Under the pieces are notes generated by a model that had not been told where the DNA came from, searched no databases, and saw only the letters and a list, made by a program, of their open reading frames with translations. 64,000 nt of DNA, taken from the IMG/VR virus record IMGVR_UViG_3300042502_001233, positions 1-64,000 of that record, one strand, 5' to 3'. Within the stretch, counting starts at the first letter, position 1, and every line of letters starts with the position of its first letter. Below, one piece after another: positions 1 to 9,285 of the stretch. The position numbers and the translations under genes were made by a program.

Positions 1-83
1 TTCGTGATTTGTTGTGCGGCTTGTCCTAAGACGATTTCAGTGCTCACACTTGCTTTCTTTGCGGTTGTTGTTTTTCCAGCCAT
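1..83 (-). CDS. hypothetical protein, 5' part (runs off window)
   Basis: ATG at 83, open frame MAGKTTTAKKASVSTEIVLGQ, promoter motif at 138-145. Confidence 0.6.
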   Translation of the reverse strand, partial: MAGKTTTAKKASVSTEIVLGQAAQQIT

Positions 84-323
84 TTGATTGTTTTTGTTTG
101 TTTGTTATGTTATGATAATTAATCCATTTTTATAATACAAAGATACTAACTTTTAAGTCAAAAGTCAAGTAAAAATTCGTATTTTTAACAACTTTTTTTG
201 CTGTATAAACAACTGATTGTCAATAAGTTAAAGAACTATTTTTAGAAGTCATGAGCCCAGTATTTTTGACCTGTAATATCGCTGGTTCTGGTTCCAACTT
301 GGCTAAGACTGCTCACTCTTCTG

Positions 324-701
324 TTATTCGATTATGTCCCCATCATGAAGGTTCAAAAACAGGTCTTCATCGATGTCTTTTACAATCGTTAAGTACCCGT
401 TTGGTCTTTTGATTGTAACATAATTGTCTTTTGCTTTTTGTTCTGATGTTCCTCTAGAGGCACAATCAGTGGTGTAAACAACACCTTTAGGTAATTTGGT
501 TTCGGTAGATGACCAGTATCTAACTTCTTTAGCTACTAGTGTTTCTTTAGCTACCTCTTCATCTGTTGGTTCATCCTCATCAATATACATTGAGTCTATG
601 GTGATTGTGTAACTCTCAGTTGAAGTTTCATCAACGCTACTTTGTTTTTTGCAACTAAATAAAGTCACCCCTAACAAAGCAACCAAAATGGTTTTCTTCA
701 T
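324..701 (-). CDS. putative lipoprotein
   Basis: signal peptide with lipobox-like LFSC. Confidence 0.7.
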   Translation of the reverse strand: MKKTILVALLGVTLFSCKKQSSVDETSTESYTITIDSMYIDEDEPTDEEVAKETLVAKEVRYWSSTETKLPKGVVYTTDCASRGTSEQKAKDNYVTIKRPNGYLTIVKDIDEDLFLNLHDGDIIE

Positions 702-715
702 ATTTCAATATTTTA

Positions 716-794
716 GTTGACGGGACGGGAGTCGAACCCATCGGCAACTAGTATTCGCCCTCTCAATGGGCTGCCGCACCGTTTCCACCGCCAA
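716..794 (-). ncRNA. tRNA-like RNA (atypical, possible Ser-TGA loop)
   Basis: acceptor TTGGCGG/CCGTCAA and T-arm GATGGG-TTCGACT-CCCGTC; non-canonical D/anticodon region. Confidence 0.4.
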
Positions 795-954
795 GGTTTG
801 TGATTTTGAACCGTATTCTACTTTCGGTTCGGGTCTCTTTCAAGTTATCACAATCACCCCCTTCCTTGACATTGGAACCCTCGCAATCCGAGTGGTCGGC
901 ATCCAACGTCTATCATAGTTTCCCTTGCGGGTGCCACCTGTGTAGAAGGTCGTG

Positions 955-1027
955 TGGTGCGGGCTGGAATCGAACCAGCGACACAAGGATTTTCAGTCCT
1001 TTGCTCTACCAACTGAGCTACCGCACC
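955..1027 (-). tRNA. tRNA-Phe(GAA)
   Basis: canonical cloverleaf, AAGGA-CTGAAAA-TCCTT. Confidence 0.95.
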
Positions 1028-1252
1028 TTGATTGAGTGAATATATTTCCAAGTATTCACTCATATTAGCTTTTTTTACTAGTATAGGAAAGCCACAAACT
1101 ATTCGTTCTTTTCTCTCTTGGAAGAAGGGTGTGACGACAAAAAACCTAGTTGTTCTGGTACAACCTTCAAACCTTGACCTTCAGTAGTCAACACTGAGTC
1201 GAAAGTTCCTTTATAAAGCGTCCTAGGTCTTTATAATCTCACAGTCTAGTCG

Positions 1253-1329
1253 TGGGGGAAGCTGGACTCGAACCAGCGACCTTTCGCCCTCCTAAGACAG
1301 CGACAATCTGCCAACTGAAATATTCCCCC
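1253..1329 (-). tRNA. atypical tRNA (possible TAG anticodon, bulged anticodon arm)
   Basis: GGGGGAA/TTCCCCC acceptor, canonical T arm, irregular anticodon arm. Confidence 0.55.
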
Positions 1330-1537
1330 ATTTGCCTCGGTTTGTAACCGAGGGCTTTTTCCGTGACATATCTGCCCCAGAGATTTACGTCCTTGTGTTT
1401 GATACCACCGTCAGTACTAAGTTTCATTTATCTTTCGATAAAGAGGAGGAACTTCCATCTGACTATACCTCTCAAACACCCTACGATGGTTTTACTTTGC
1501 AAATATACTAACTATTTTTTTATGTTGCAAGTTTTTT

Positions 1538-2026
1538 TTAAACTTTTTTTGCTAACAAATGATAGTAACTTGATTTTGAACTTGATGCAACATCACTTTT
1601 CTTATTGAATATCAAATCACAATGTTTACTTAACGCAAACTCTTTACCATCATTATCATAAAACTCTATAAGACCATAATCAATATAATCACGTTCATTT
1701 TCCACCCAATAAGAATCTATTTCACCAACGGTTAATCGTTCATCACAAACAACCATAACATTACCAATATCTGAATGTTGTTCAAAAGCTTCTAATTGTT
1801 CGTACAATCCTTTTCCAAGTATAATACCTTCTTCACGCCATATAGTATCTGTCGCTGGTACAATAACCATCATGTCACAGTCTAATAATTGTTTGTGGGA
1901 ATAGGTGCCACCTTTGAATTCGACAACCTCGACATCATACTTAGAAAGGGTTTGGCGAACAGAACTTACCACATCTGGGTTGGCTCTGTTTGATTTCGCC
2001 AAATACACTTTCGTTGTTTCTTCCAT
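1538..2026 (-). CDS. hypothetical protein
   Basis: 162-aa ORF in tandem with 2029..2361. Confidence 0.75.
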   Translation of the reverse strand: MEETTKVYLAKSNRANPDVVSSVRQTLSKYDVEVVEFKGGTYSHKQLLDCDMMVIVPATDTIWREEGIILGKGLYEQLEAFEQHSDIGNVMVVCDERLTVGEIDSYWVENERDYIDYGLIEFYDNDGKEFALSKHCDLIFNKKSDVASSSKSSYYHLLAKKV

Positions 2027-2028
2027 GA

Positions 2029-2361
2029 TTACTTGCTTGGTTCTTCTCCGAAGTACTCGTCGTGGATAGCTTGCGCTTCTGCTAATTCAACATCTTTCAA
2101 CGCTAAATCCATACGACATTGGTGTAACTCAGAAACCCATTTTGCGGCATCAAAATCTGGATGACCAGGTCTCAAGGATGTTGTGTTTTCTGGTGCCAAG
2201 TCAGTTAACTTGTTAACCTTGCTTTTTAATTGAGATTTTTCTCTTTTCAAGTTGTTGATGAAAGAGTTTAACTCCAAAGATACTTCTTCGGCTAAGTCGC
2301 TAGCTCTGCTAGCCAATGTAGTTGAATTACTAGCCGAAACCATTTTTTCAAATTTACTCAT
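2029..2361 (-). CDS. hypothetical coiled-coil protein
   Basis: 110-aa ORF behind TAnnTTTG motif at ~2398-2405. Confidence 0.75.
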   Translation of the reverse strand: MSKFEKMVSASNSTTLASRASDLAEEVSLELNSFINNLKREKSQLKSKVNKLTDLAPENTTSLRPGHPDFDAAKWVSELHQCRMDLALKDVELAEAQAIHDEYFGEEPSK

Positions 2362-2431
2362 TTTATTTAAATGTTTTAATTGTTATTAATTACAATGCAA
2401 ATATACGAACAAATTTCAAACGGTGCAACTT

Positions 2432-4774
2432 TTATTTGATTAATTTTTTAAAATTTTTTAAAACTTCAAATAATTTGTAGTTTTTGAAGTACGAAGGAAT
2501 GTCTTTAATGAACATATAACCGTTGTAGGTACTGTTATCTTCTTTGTGAATAACACTGGTATATATCGACCCGTTTGTTTTTATTTTGCTTCTATCAAAC
2601 ACGATACGCACCAATTCATTTTCAATTTCACTAACGTTTTCATCTTGACCTAACCCTTTAAGAGTTTTTTCAAATGCTGTTAGAATATCATATTTGGTTT
2701 TTTTCAAATTTTCAATTTCACCAGTATCGTAATCAGAATATTCTTCATCATCATCGTATATTTTATCATCAATGATTTCGTAAATACTATCTTTAATTCG
2801 CTGAACAATTTTATCTGTATCAACATTCATATTCCCACCTTCCCTAACACTTTCCGATAAGGAATCGTAGCTGCTAGGTAAATCAGCTTGTTCCATCATA
2901 TCTTCCAACAATGACTCAAACGCTGATTCAAAATCTGTTTTATCTTTCGTTAATATGTCAGAATCTGAAATCAACGCACCAATAAAATTTTTAATTTTTA
3001 TTGTTATTTCTTTAAAATTACTACTATTATAACCACCATAATAACTACGGTTACTATCTTCATATTTTATTATATCAGTAAATTTATCATGATACGCATC
3101 AAAAACTTCATCTTCACCTTCAGTCTTAGCTTCAGTAAACAATTCATCGATAAACTCTTTTATTGGTTCACTAAACTTAAATTTCTCTAATAAAGACGCT
3201 ACAATAGTTAGTGTTGGGTTCACTCCGTTTTTTCTTAAGTCTGAAACCAAAGTTTGGTCTGTAAGCGCAGATTCAATAAAACCATTATATTCCTCATCAA
3301 GACCATCTTTCCAACCTTCAAAATAACTATCATTCCATGATTCCCAACTATTACGAGACAAAGTACTCATCAAATCTTCTAAATCATGGTGAAAGTTAAA
3401 ATTATTAGGTAATTCAAATGTTATTTCATCTGAATATCTGCCATACGTAACAGACACACTATCTGGAAGCATTTCATTTAATTGCTCAATAGTTCCATCA
3501 TCTTCCTTATACCTATGTTCTGCGCTGTGTTTTAAACCATCAATAATCGGTTTAATTTCAGAATAGTTATTAACCAATTTACCTGAAGCATGCTTCTCAA
3601 GCATTTCTAATTTATCGGCACCGTTGATTGCGATGAAGTTTCCAATTTGTCTTTTACTTAAACTGCTCATGTATTCTGATATTCTATTGTCTGGCAAAAC
3701 AATCAACTCAGTATACATCATACGTAGTTGTTTTCTAGTGTATCCGTCAACGTTTAAATATGTATCTAGTTTCCTATCACTAATTTGAGCATAACGTTTA
3801 ACTAATTTAGGGTTATTTTTGATACTTTCAAATTGTTCATCATCCAAACCAATACCAAATGATACGTAAAGATTTTTTAAATCTTCTGGTAACATCAAAA
3901 ATTGTTTGGTTGATATTGGTTTTGCTATTGTTGGGTAAATATCCAAATAAGCTTTTTTATCCTCATAACTAAGGTTTTTAAATTCATTATCATTTAAACC
4001 TTTTTTGAATCTCTCATGTTGAGCTCTTTCTTCTTCTGTAAACGGTTTAGGTTTTAACACTTCTTTTATTCCAGCTAATTTAGGACTTATTTTAATGATT
4101 TGATTCCAACTCATTTGGTTATCACCATCATTGTTTGCTGATGTAACAATATATTGAGGTGTTTCATTGTCATCTGGGTTAAGGTTCTTAGGTACTTGAA
4201 TAACGAAAAAGTGATATCTATTTGTAAACCCACCACTAATACTACCTTTTTTAGCAATTGCAGCCAATTCTTGTTCAGTTGCTTTTACATCTTTGACAAA
4301 ATAAAAAGCTGGTTCATATGGTTTAAATCTATATGTGTAGAACATGTTAGAAGAATCGGACCTAGCAACACACCAACTATATGGCATACTACCCTTGTAT
4401 TTGATACATGCTCTTGGGTTATCAGCATAAAACACTTCTATACCATTTTTATTATATACAGCTTCACCAGTAACTTCAATGTCGTTTTGTTTCGACATAG
4501 TGGTTTTAACTGGTCTTTGACCTGACACATAATCAACTAGAGTTTCAAGAGAATTAAACGTTGGGTAAGCATCAATATCAAATCTTTTTTCAACTGGAAC
4601 GTTGATGTTTAAATCAGGGTTAAGCGCCTCACGGTACTTACCATCTCTAATGTATTTGAATTTTTCAATATACGTTCTAACAATTTCTAAATCATAACCT
4701 TGAGAAACAAATTTCTGAGTTTGAGTTTTGAAATCTTCGTTTAATAAATCCTTGAATATGTGTGATAACTTCAT
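2432..4774 (-). CDS. large hypothetical protein, possibly virion-associated
   Basis: long ORF; likely start MKLSHIFKDLLNE at 4774 behind ATATTTAT motif. Confidence 0.75.
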   Translation of the reverse strand: MKLSHIFKDLLNEDFKTQTQKFVSQGYDLEIVRTYIEKFKYIRDGKYREALNPDLNINVPVEKRFDIDAYPTFNSLETLVDYVSGQRPVKTTMSKQNDIEVTGEAVYNKNGIEVFYADNPRACIKYKGSMPYSWCVARSDSSNMFYTYRFKPYEPAFYFVKDVKATEQELAAIAKKGSISGGFTNRYHFFVIQVPKNLNPDDNETPQYIVTSANNDGDNQMSWNQIIKISPKLAGIKEVLKPKPFTEEERAQHERFKKGLNDNEFKNLSYEDKKAYLDIYPTIAKPISTKQFLMLPEDLKNLYVSFGIGLDDEQFESIKNNPKLVKRYAQISDRKLDTYLNVDGYTRKQLRMMYTELIVLPDNRISEYMSSLSKRQIGNFIAINGADKLEMLEKHASGKLVNNYSEIKPIIDGLKHSAEHRYKEDDGTIEQLNEMLPDSVSVTYGRYSDEITFELPNNFNFHHDLEDLMSTLSRNSWESWNDSYFEGWKDGLDEEYNGFIESALTDQTLVSDLRKNGVNPTLTIVASLLEKFKFSEPIKEFIDELFTEAKTEGEDEVFDAYHDKFTDIIKYEDSNRSYYGGYNSSNFKEITIKIKNFIGALISDSDILTKDKTDFESAFESLLEDMMEQADLPSSYDSLSESVREGGNMNVDTDKIVQRIKDSIYEIIDDKIYDDDEEYSDYDTGEIENLKKTKYDILTAFEKTLKGLGQDENVSEIENELVRIVFDRSKIKTNGSIYTSVIHKEDNSTYNGYMFIKDIPSYFKNYKLFEVLKNFKKLIK

Positions 4775-4805
4775 GTCTTTTTTTAATATAAATATCAACA
4801 AAACC

Positions 4806-5305
4806 TTAAACAGAACACCTTTTAATAATTTTTCTGTATATCCTATCTTCAAAATCTTTCATAAGAGAATCTGGTATCTTTATACCCTTGTTTTCAAATT
4901 CCTCAATGATTTCTCTTTTTAAGAAAGTACCTTCAGCAATCCCATCACCCCATTGGTCACACCACAAACCCCAACTCTTTTTCCCAACAATTACAGCCTT
5001 GACTATGTTGGGGTGTCTAGTTACTATGGGTTTACCACCTGAGTATTGCCCGTTATCAAATTTTCTAAATGTGTTTTTACCCTCAGATTCGTTTACATCA
5101 AACTCAACGTTGACAATTGAACCGCAGAAAGTTAATATTCCTTTCCTATAAGAATTAAGGAAAAAACTGAATATTTCATTGAAGTTATCAGAATATCTAG
5201 TTAGCTTTCTGTCTAAGCGGCCACCAGTTTCCTTTTTGCGTAATTCAATACGCTCTAATTTTGTTAGGCTCCCAAGCGGTCACCCCCATTATGTGTGTTT
5301 TTCAT
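4806..5305 (-). pseudogene. frameshifted hypothetical gene
   Basis: protein-like frames GSLTKLERIELRKK...IFSF and FLNSYRKG...KRCSV* joined by a shift in the T7 run (5161-5167); second shift near the start. Confidence 0.5.
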
Positions 5306-5320
5306 AACATTTATGTTTAG

Positions 5321-5393
5321 TTGAGTAAGAGGGTTTCGAACCCTACGCTACCACCCGTCTAGGTGGTCTTCTAACCAATTAAAGTATTACCCA
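5321..5393 (-). tRNA. degenerate tRNA, anticodon uncertain
   Basis: TGGGTAA/TTACTCA acceptor, D and T arms; anticodon loop not 7 nt. Confidence 0.45.
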
Positions 5394-5401
5394 AATTTTT
5401 G

Positions 5402-5474
5402 TGGAGCTGACGGGAGTTGAACCCGCATCCTCTACCGTGCAAGGGTAGCGCTCAGCCAGTTGAGCTACAGCCCC
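5402..5474 (-). tRNA. tRNA-Ala(TGC)
   Basis: cloverleaf, G3:U70, CTACC-CTTGCAC-GGTAG. Confidence 0.95.
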
Positions 5475-5660
5475 TTCCTATGGCGTTGATGCAACTTAAT
5501 AGATTCGTCAATCCATTAGCGGTTACACCAACTAACCATTTCTGTGCGGATATCAGTGGAATCGAACCACAACCTCTTCAGCGTCGAAGAATACTCTCAT
5601 TTAAAACCTATGGTTTACAACACATAAGTTTAACATAAATGATGGTGTGGCCACACCCCA

Positions 5661-6356
5661 TTATACTAATGATACCCATTTTCTTATAGCGTTATCGCTA
5701 ACACCGTATTTACGACCAGTTGCTGAATAACCTAATTCTTCTATTTCTTTTAACAAAACTTCTTTATCAGGTCTTTCAACTTTTCTTTGATTTATTGAAC
5801 TTAGAATTTGTTTATTTGTTTTACCACCATTTTTAGTTCTTTCTAGTATCAATAAATTTTTATTTTCTTTTATCTTATTATGTTTAATTTCATCTATTTT
5901 GTATTTTACAATATTTTTACCACCATGTGTATCTAATGTTGCGTTACAATTTGGACAAACAATTCTAAGATTTTCTAGTCTATTATCATTATGCGTCCCA
6001 TTTTTATGGTCTAATATCAATGACATTTTTTTACCCATCCATTCTTCACCTTGACCGCATAACTCACAACAACGTTGTTTTAACCCTTCATCATATAACT
6101 TGTTTTTTAGACTAGTTGTATGTATGTAGTTAGAATTTTCTATTAAAATTTCATCTAAAGTAAACTTACTTTTTATTTTAACTTTACTAGGTATATAAAA
6201 ATGGTCAATCTGTAAACCATATTCGTTAACATATTTTTTAATAGTGTCTCGGTTACCTTTACCAGTACCAATATTTAATTTTCTACATGCGTCAGTATAA
6301 TTAATACTATTTTTTATAATCTCACTAAAATACTGTTTTTCATATTTATTTTTCAT
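5661..6356 (-). CDS. HNH homing endonuclease
   Basis: CELC...LDHKNG...NLRIVCPNC. Confidence 0.85.
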   Translation of the reverse strand: MKNKYEKQYFSEIIKNSINYTDACRKLNIGTGKGNRDTIKKYVNEYGLQIDHFYIPSKVKIKSKFTLDEILIENSNYIHTTSLKNKLYDEGLKQRCCELCGQGEEWMGKKMSLILDHKNGTHNDNRLENLRIVCPNCNATLDTHGGKNIVKYKIDEIKHNKIKENKNLLILERTKNGGKTNKQILSSINQRKVERPDKEVLLKEIEELGYSATGRKYGVSDNAIRKWVSLV

Positions 6357-6423
6357 AATTTAACTTTTATATAAATATACATCTATATTTAAAAAAGTCA
6401 AGTGTTCGAACTAAATATTTTTG

Positions 6424-6495
6424 TAGCCCGTATGGGGTTCGAACCCATGCCTCCCGATAGAAAGTCGGACGTGTTAACCACTTCACTAACGGGCC
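6424..6495 (-). tRNA. tRNA-Glu(TTC)
   Basis: cloverleaf, TCCGA-CTTTCTA-TCGGG. Confidence 0.9.
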
Positions 6496-6502
6496 ATTTT
6501 TG

Positions 6503-6588
6503 CAGCTACAACGGGAGTCGAACCCGCTACGTGGATAAATCCACACTAGAGTGACAGTCTAGCACACCAACCGTTATGCGCTGTAGCT
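6503..6588 (-). tRNA. tRNA-Asp(GTC) with long variable arm
   Basis: CTAGA-CTGTCAC-TCTAG followed by hairpin GTGGA-TTTA-TCCAC. Confidence 0.85.
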
Positions 6589-6593
6589 ATTTT

Positions 6594-6668
6594 TGGCGGT
6601 CTATGAGGGAATCGAACCCTCATCACAAGCGTGACAAGCTTGCATCCTAGCCGTTGAACGAATAGACC
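6594..6668 (-). tRNA. tRNA-Asp(GTC)
   Basis: cloverleaf with encoded CCA. Confidence 0.93.
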
Positions 6669-6705
6669 ATTTAGATTTTTGATTACTGGAATCTTAACCA
6701 GATTG

Positions 6706-6780
6706 TAGCCCTGACGGGATTCGAACCCGCATTGCGCACCTTGAAAGGGTGGCTTCCTATTCCGTTTAGAAGACGGGGCC
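6706..6780 (-). tRNA. tRNA-Glu(TTC)
   Basis: cloverleaf, CCACC-CTTTCAA-GGTGC. Confidence 0.9.
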
Positions 6781-6786
6781 ATGTTG

Positions 6787-6859
6787 TGGGGACAGAGGGA
6801 GTCGAACCCTCGACACCTGACTCTTCAGGCCAGTGCTCTACCAACTGAGCTACATCCCC
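6787..6859 (-). tRNA. tRNA-Phe(GAA)
   Basis: canonical cloverleaf. Confidence 0.95.
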
Positions 6860-6869
6860 GATTATGTTG

Positions 6870-6940
6870 TGGAACCAACGGGAGTCGACCCCGTGTCTCT
6901 GCGCCTTCAACGCAGTGCTAAACCCCTCAGCTATGGAACC
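6870..6940 (-). tRNA. atypical tRNA-Phe(GAA)
   Basis: CTGCG-TTGAAGG-CGCAG; two U-U mismatches in acceptor; T-loop GTCGACT. Confidence 0.7.
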
Positions 6941-6960
6941 AATTTTTGCTTAATAAAAAA

Positions 6961-7359
6961 CTACATTTTTAAAACTTGATTATAAATTTCATCAATAGTT
7001 AACCCATTTTTATGTAAATTAACAATAAACTCAATATGTTCTTTAGATGTTAACTTAGGTCTCCTATTTTCTAAATTTTCTTTTCTTGTCACAACCCTTA
7101 GATTTATTAATCTATTATCGTCCTTATCTCGGTTAATATGGTCAACTTCTAAACCATCTAATTTATCAGTAATAAAAACTTCAGCTACTAATCTATAAAC
7201 ACTAAACTGATGTCTTTTTTCATCTATTTTTAATTTTATCCTATGATAACCTTTTTTATTTACAAATGGTTTTAAAATTCTATTCGTTAGAATATTTCTA
7301 ATTCTACCTAAATCTGAAATTTCATAAAATGTTTCTCTAAATTTTTTCCAATTTTCCAT
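6961..7359 (-). CDS. NUMOD4-HNH homing endonuclease
   Basis: ENWK..YEISDLGRIR; VDHINRDKDDNRLINL. Confidence 0.85.
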   Translation of the reverse strand: MENWKKFRETFYEISDLGRIRNILTNRILKPFVNKKGYHRIKLKIDEKRHQFSVYRLVAEVFITDKLDGLEVDHINRDKDDNRLINLRVVTRKENLENRRPKLTSKEHIEFIVNLHKNGLTIDEIYNQVLKM

Positions 7360-7373
7360 TTTAATTTTTTAAT

Positions 7374-7405
7374 AAAAAAAGCCTGACATTTTTACTGTCA
7401 GGCTT
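7374..7405 (-). terminator. attenuator terminator of Phe/Glu/Asp/Ala tRNA operon
   Basis: AAGCCTGACA-GTAAAAA-TGTCAGGCTT followed by U tract. Confidence 0.85.
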
Positions 7406-7430
7406 ATCATTTATATCGTTAATTTAAACG

Positions 7431-7520
7431 TTAACTTATGACAGTGTTTGACCTTCCGTAAGAGTAATCCTCCTCGGCTGCGAAAAATGCAAAATCAAAT
7501 ATGTTAGTTAAAGTTCTCAT
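7431..7520 (-). CDS. attenuator leader peptide MRTLTNIFDFAFFAAEEDYSYGRSNTVIS
   Basis: 29-aa ORF between promoter and terminator; 11 consecutive F/D/A/E codons; 3' ACTGTCA complementary to terminator 5' arm. Confidence 0.8.
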   Translation of the reverse strand: MRTLTNIFDFAFFAAEEDYSYGRSNTVIS

Positions 7521-7601
7521 TGTGTTTTCTTTTTGTATTTGTTTATAAATATGCGACTTTTTTTAAAAAGTCATTTTTTTTCTTTGTTTTTAATTATAGT
7601 G

Positions 7602-7633
7602 CAAAGATACGAACTGTTTTAATACATGTCAAG
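7602..7633 (-). promoter_or_regulatory. Bacteroidetes-type housekeeping promoter
   Basis: CTTGAC...TATCTTTG, matches the TAnnTTTG -7 element; same motif recurs upstream of many units. Confidence 0.7.
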
Positions 7634-7747
7634 TTTTTTTGCAACTTTTTTTTGAAATATTTTATATTTCGTTGTTTCTCAATTGATTAAGATAAGGTTT
7701 CATCTCATCTTTTTCTGTGTATTTGAATACTCAGCAAAACATATTTA

Positions 7748-8668
7748 TTATTTGTTGTTTGTTTTTTTAGACCAGTTTGTGTTAGTATCACCTTTTTTAA
7801 ATCCACCTAATGCACCACCTTTATTTATATTTAAAACTTCCCAACCTTCTAACTTTCTATCATCAATTCTTTTATTTTCAATCACACCTATTTGGTTTTC
7901 TGGATAAAATTTATCATCTTCAAACCACTCAAATTCTTCTTTTTTTTCCATTAAATCTCTAACAAACTTATTTGATGATTTGACCATGTGAGATTTTTTT
8001 CTTGTTGTTGGGTCAAAACTTAAACCGATATATATTTTTTTTACGTTATAAAACCTAATTTCATAAATTTTACGTTTACATTTATTACCAACAACCCTAA
8101 AATGTTTACCAACGTCATCTAATAAATTATATCTAACAGCATGACGATACGCTCTACGATATTTTTTTTGAAATTCCCATTTCGTTTCGCATTTTAACGC
8201 TAAATCTTTTACTTCATCATAAGACCAATAATGTTTTACATCCATATGACTAGTAATTTCATCATAAATTTTATGTCTAATAGCATAATCATAGGCGCCA
8301 GGTGCTTCTTTAATAAAATCATTTTTTTTATTATATTTTAAAGCTATTTTTTTCACACTATCGTGACACCATAAATTATTTCCTTTTAATAACGCATAAC
8401 ATTCATCTAAATAACCATGTTTTTTAGCAAATTGAAAAGCACCGCTTTTTCCATGGAAATCTTTTTTATAGTCACAACTTTTAACATATTCTATTAATAA
8501 TTCATATGTCCATTTAAATTTAGCTAAATCTCTGGTAATTTCATGATAAAAACCATGTCTTCTAGCATATTTAACCGCACCACTATATTTACGTTGAAAA
8601 TCATTTTTGGAATCACATTCTAATACCGCTAATCTGACGTTTGTTTCATTCCATCGTCTTTCTTTCAT
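7748..8668 (-). CDS. GIY-YIG-like homing endonuclease with N-terminal repeats
   Basis: 4 repeats W..E.V...A..C..K..F.K; C-terminal KIY..IYIGLS...R...H. Confidence 0.75.
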   Translation of the reverse strand: MKERRWNETNVRLAVLECDSKNDFQRKYSGAVKYARRHGFYHEITRDLAKFKWTYELLIEYVKSCDYKKDFHGKSGAFQFAKKHGYLDECYALLKGNNLWCHDSVKKIALKYNKKNDFIKEAPGAYDYAIRHKIYDEITSHMDVKHYWSYDEVKDLALKCETKWEFQKKYRRAYRHAVRYNLLDDVGKHFRVVGNKCKRKIYEIRFYNVKKIYIGLSFDPTTRKKSHMVKSSNKFVRDLMEKKEEFEWFEDDKFYPENQIGVIENKRIDDRKLEGWEVLNINKGGALGGFKKGDTNTNWSKKTNNK

Positions 8669-8686
8669 AAAAAACATTTTTTTTCG

Positions 8687-8769
8687 TACCGCTGGCGAGA
8701 CTCGAACTCGCACACCCTCACGGGCACCAGATTCTTAGTCTGGCGTGTCTACCATTCCACCACAGCGGC
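8687..8769 (-). tRNA. tRNA-Leu(AAG)
   Basis: CCAGA-CTAAGAA-TCTGG, class II variable arm. Confidence 0.9.
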
Positions 8770-8774
8770 AGGTA

Positions 8775-8863
8775 CAAGATAGTTAATTTTGTGGATTTGA
8801 ACCACTTCGTTCGCATTTTAAGTGTGAATTTTTAACCAGTTTTTGTTTGCTGAAACTATCTTT
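8775..8863 (-). ncRNA. Y-RNA-like/tRNA-mimic RNA (TTCAGCAA-stem family, copy 1)
   Basis: terminal stem AAGATAGTT/AACTATCTT enclosing TCAGCAAAC, an anticodon-like arm and T arm GTGG-TTCAAAT-CCAC. Confidence 0.5.
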
Positions 8864-8866
8864 TAG

Positions 8867-8949
8867 TACGGATAGTCGGACTCGAACCGACACTCATATT
8901 TCAGAACACGGGTCTAAGCCGTGTGTGTCTACCATTCCACCATATCCGC
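8867..8949 (-). tRNA. tRNA-Leu(TAG)
   Basis: CACGG-CTTAGAC-CCGTG. Confidence 0.9.
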
Positions 8950-8958
8950 AAATCTGAA

Positions 8959-9102
8959 TTAGATTTCTTCTAATTCAATATCTTCCAAGTTTTCTTGTTC
9001 TTTATTCTCTTTATTGGCACATGTAATATGCACAAATTTTTTGTCTACTAGTAAAGCAGCTCCGTGGATAATACCACCGCATTCGCAACAACTAAATTTC
9101 AT
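8959..9102 (-). CDS. small putative zinc-binding protein
   Basis: MKFSCCECGG...HITC, acidic tail, 47 aa. Confidence 0.5.
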   Translation of the reverse strand: MKFSCCECGGIIHGAALLVDKKFVHITCANKENKEQENLEDIELEEI

Positions 9103-9132
9103 ACTTCCATAATTTTAAATAACATGTTATTG

Positions 9133-9216
9133 TAGCCAGAGTGGGAATCGAACCCACACGTCCTTGCGGACACAAGATTTTGAGTCTTGCGCGTCTACCT
9201 GTTTCGCCATCTGGCC
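9133..9216 (-). tRNA. tRNA-Leu(CAA)
   Basis: CAAGA-CTCAAAA-TCTTG. Confidence 0.95.
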
Positions 9217-9285
9217 ATGATGTGATTGGCATTTTAACCATTGCATGAATTTAATCAAGTGTGAGTATACGCCTTTCACATTTTG

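Noticed and set aside
800-1427. ORF-track entries over tRNA clusters (also 5417-5638, 6546-6910, 34940-35179, 35936-36376, 43606-43800)
   Set aside because: Shadow frames over GC-richer RNA genes.
4154-4525. Plus-strand ORFs antisense to long minus-strand genes (many in the track)
   Set aside because: No motifs; typical antisense shadows.
5545-5660. tRNA at a T-arm-like GTGG-TTCGATT-CCAC
   Set aside because: No matching acceptor or anticodon arm could be built.
7431-7600. T-box riboswitches as regulators of the tRNA operons
   Set aside because: No T-box consensus or specifier stem; translated leaders with matching codons explain the layout.
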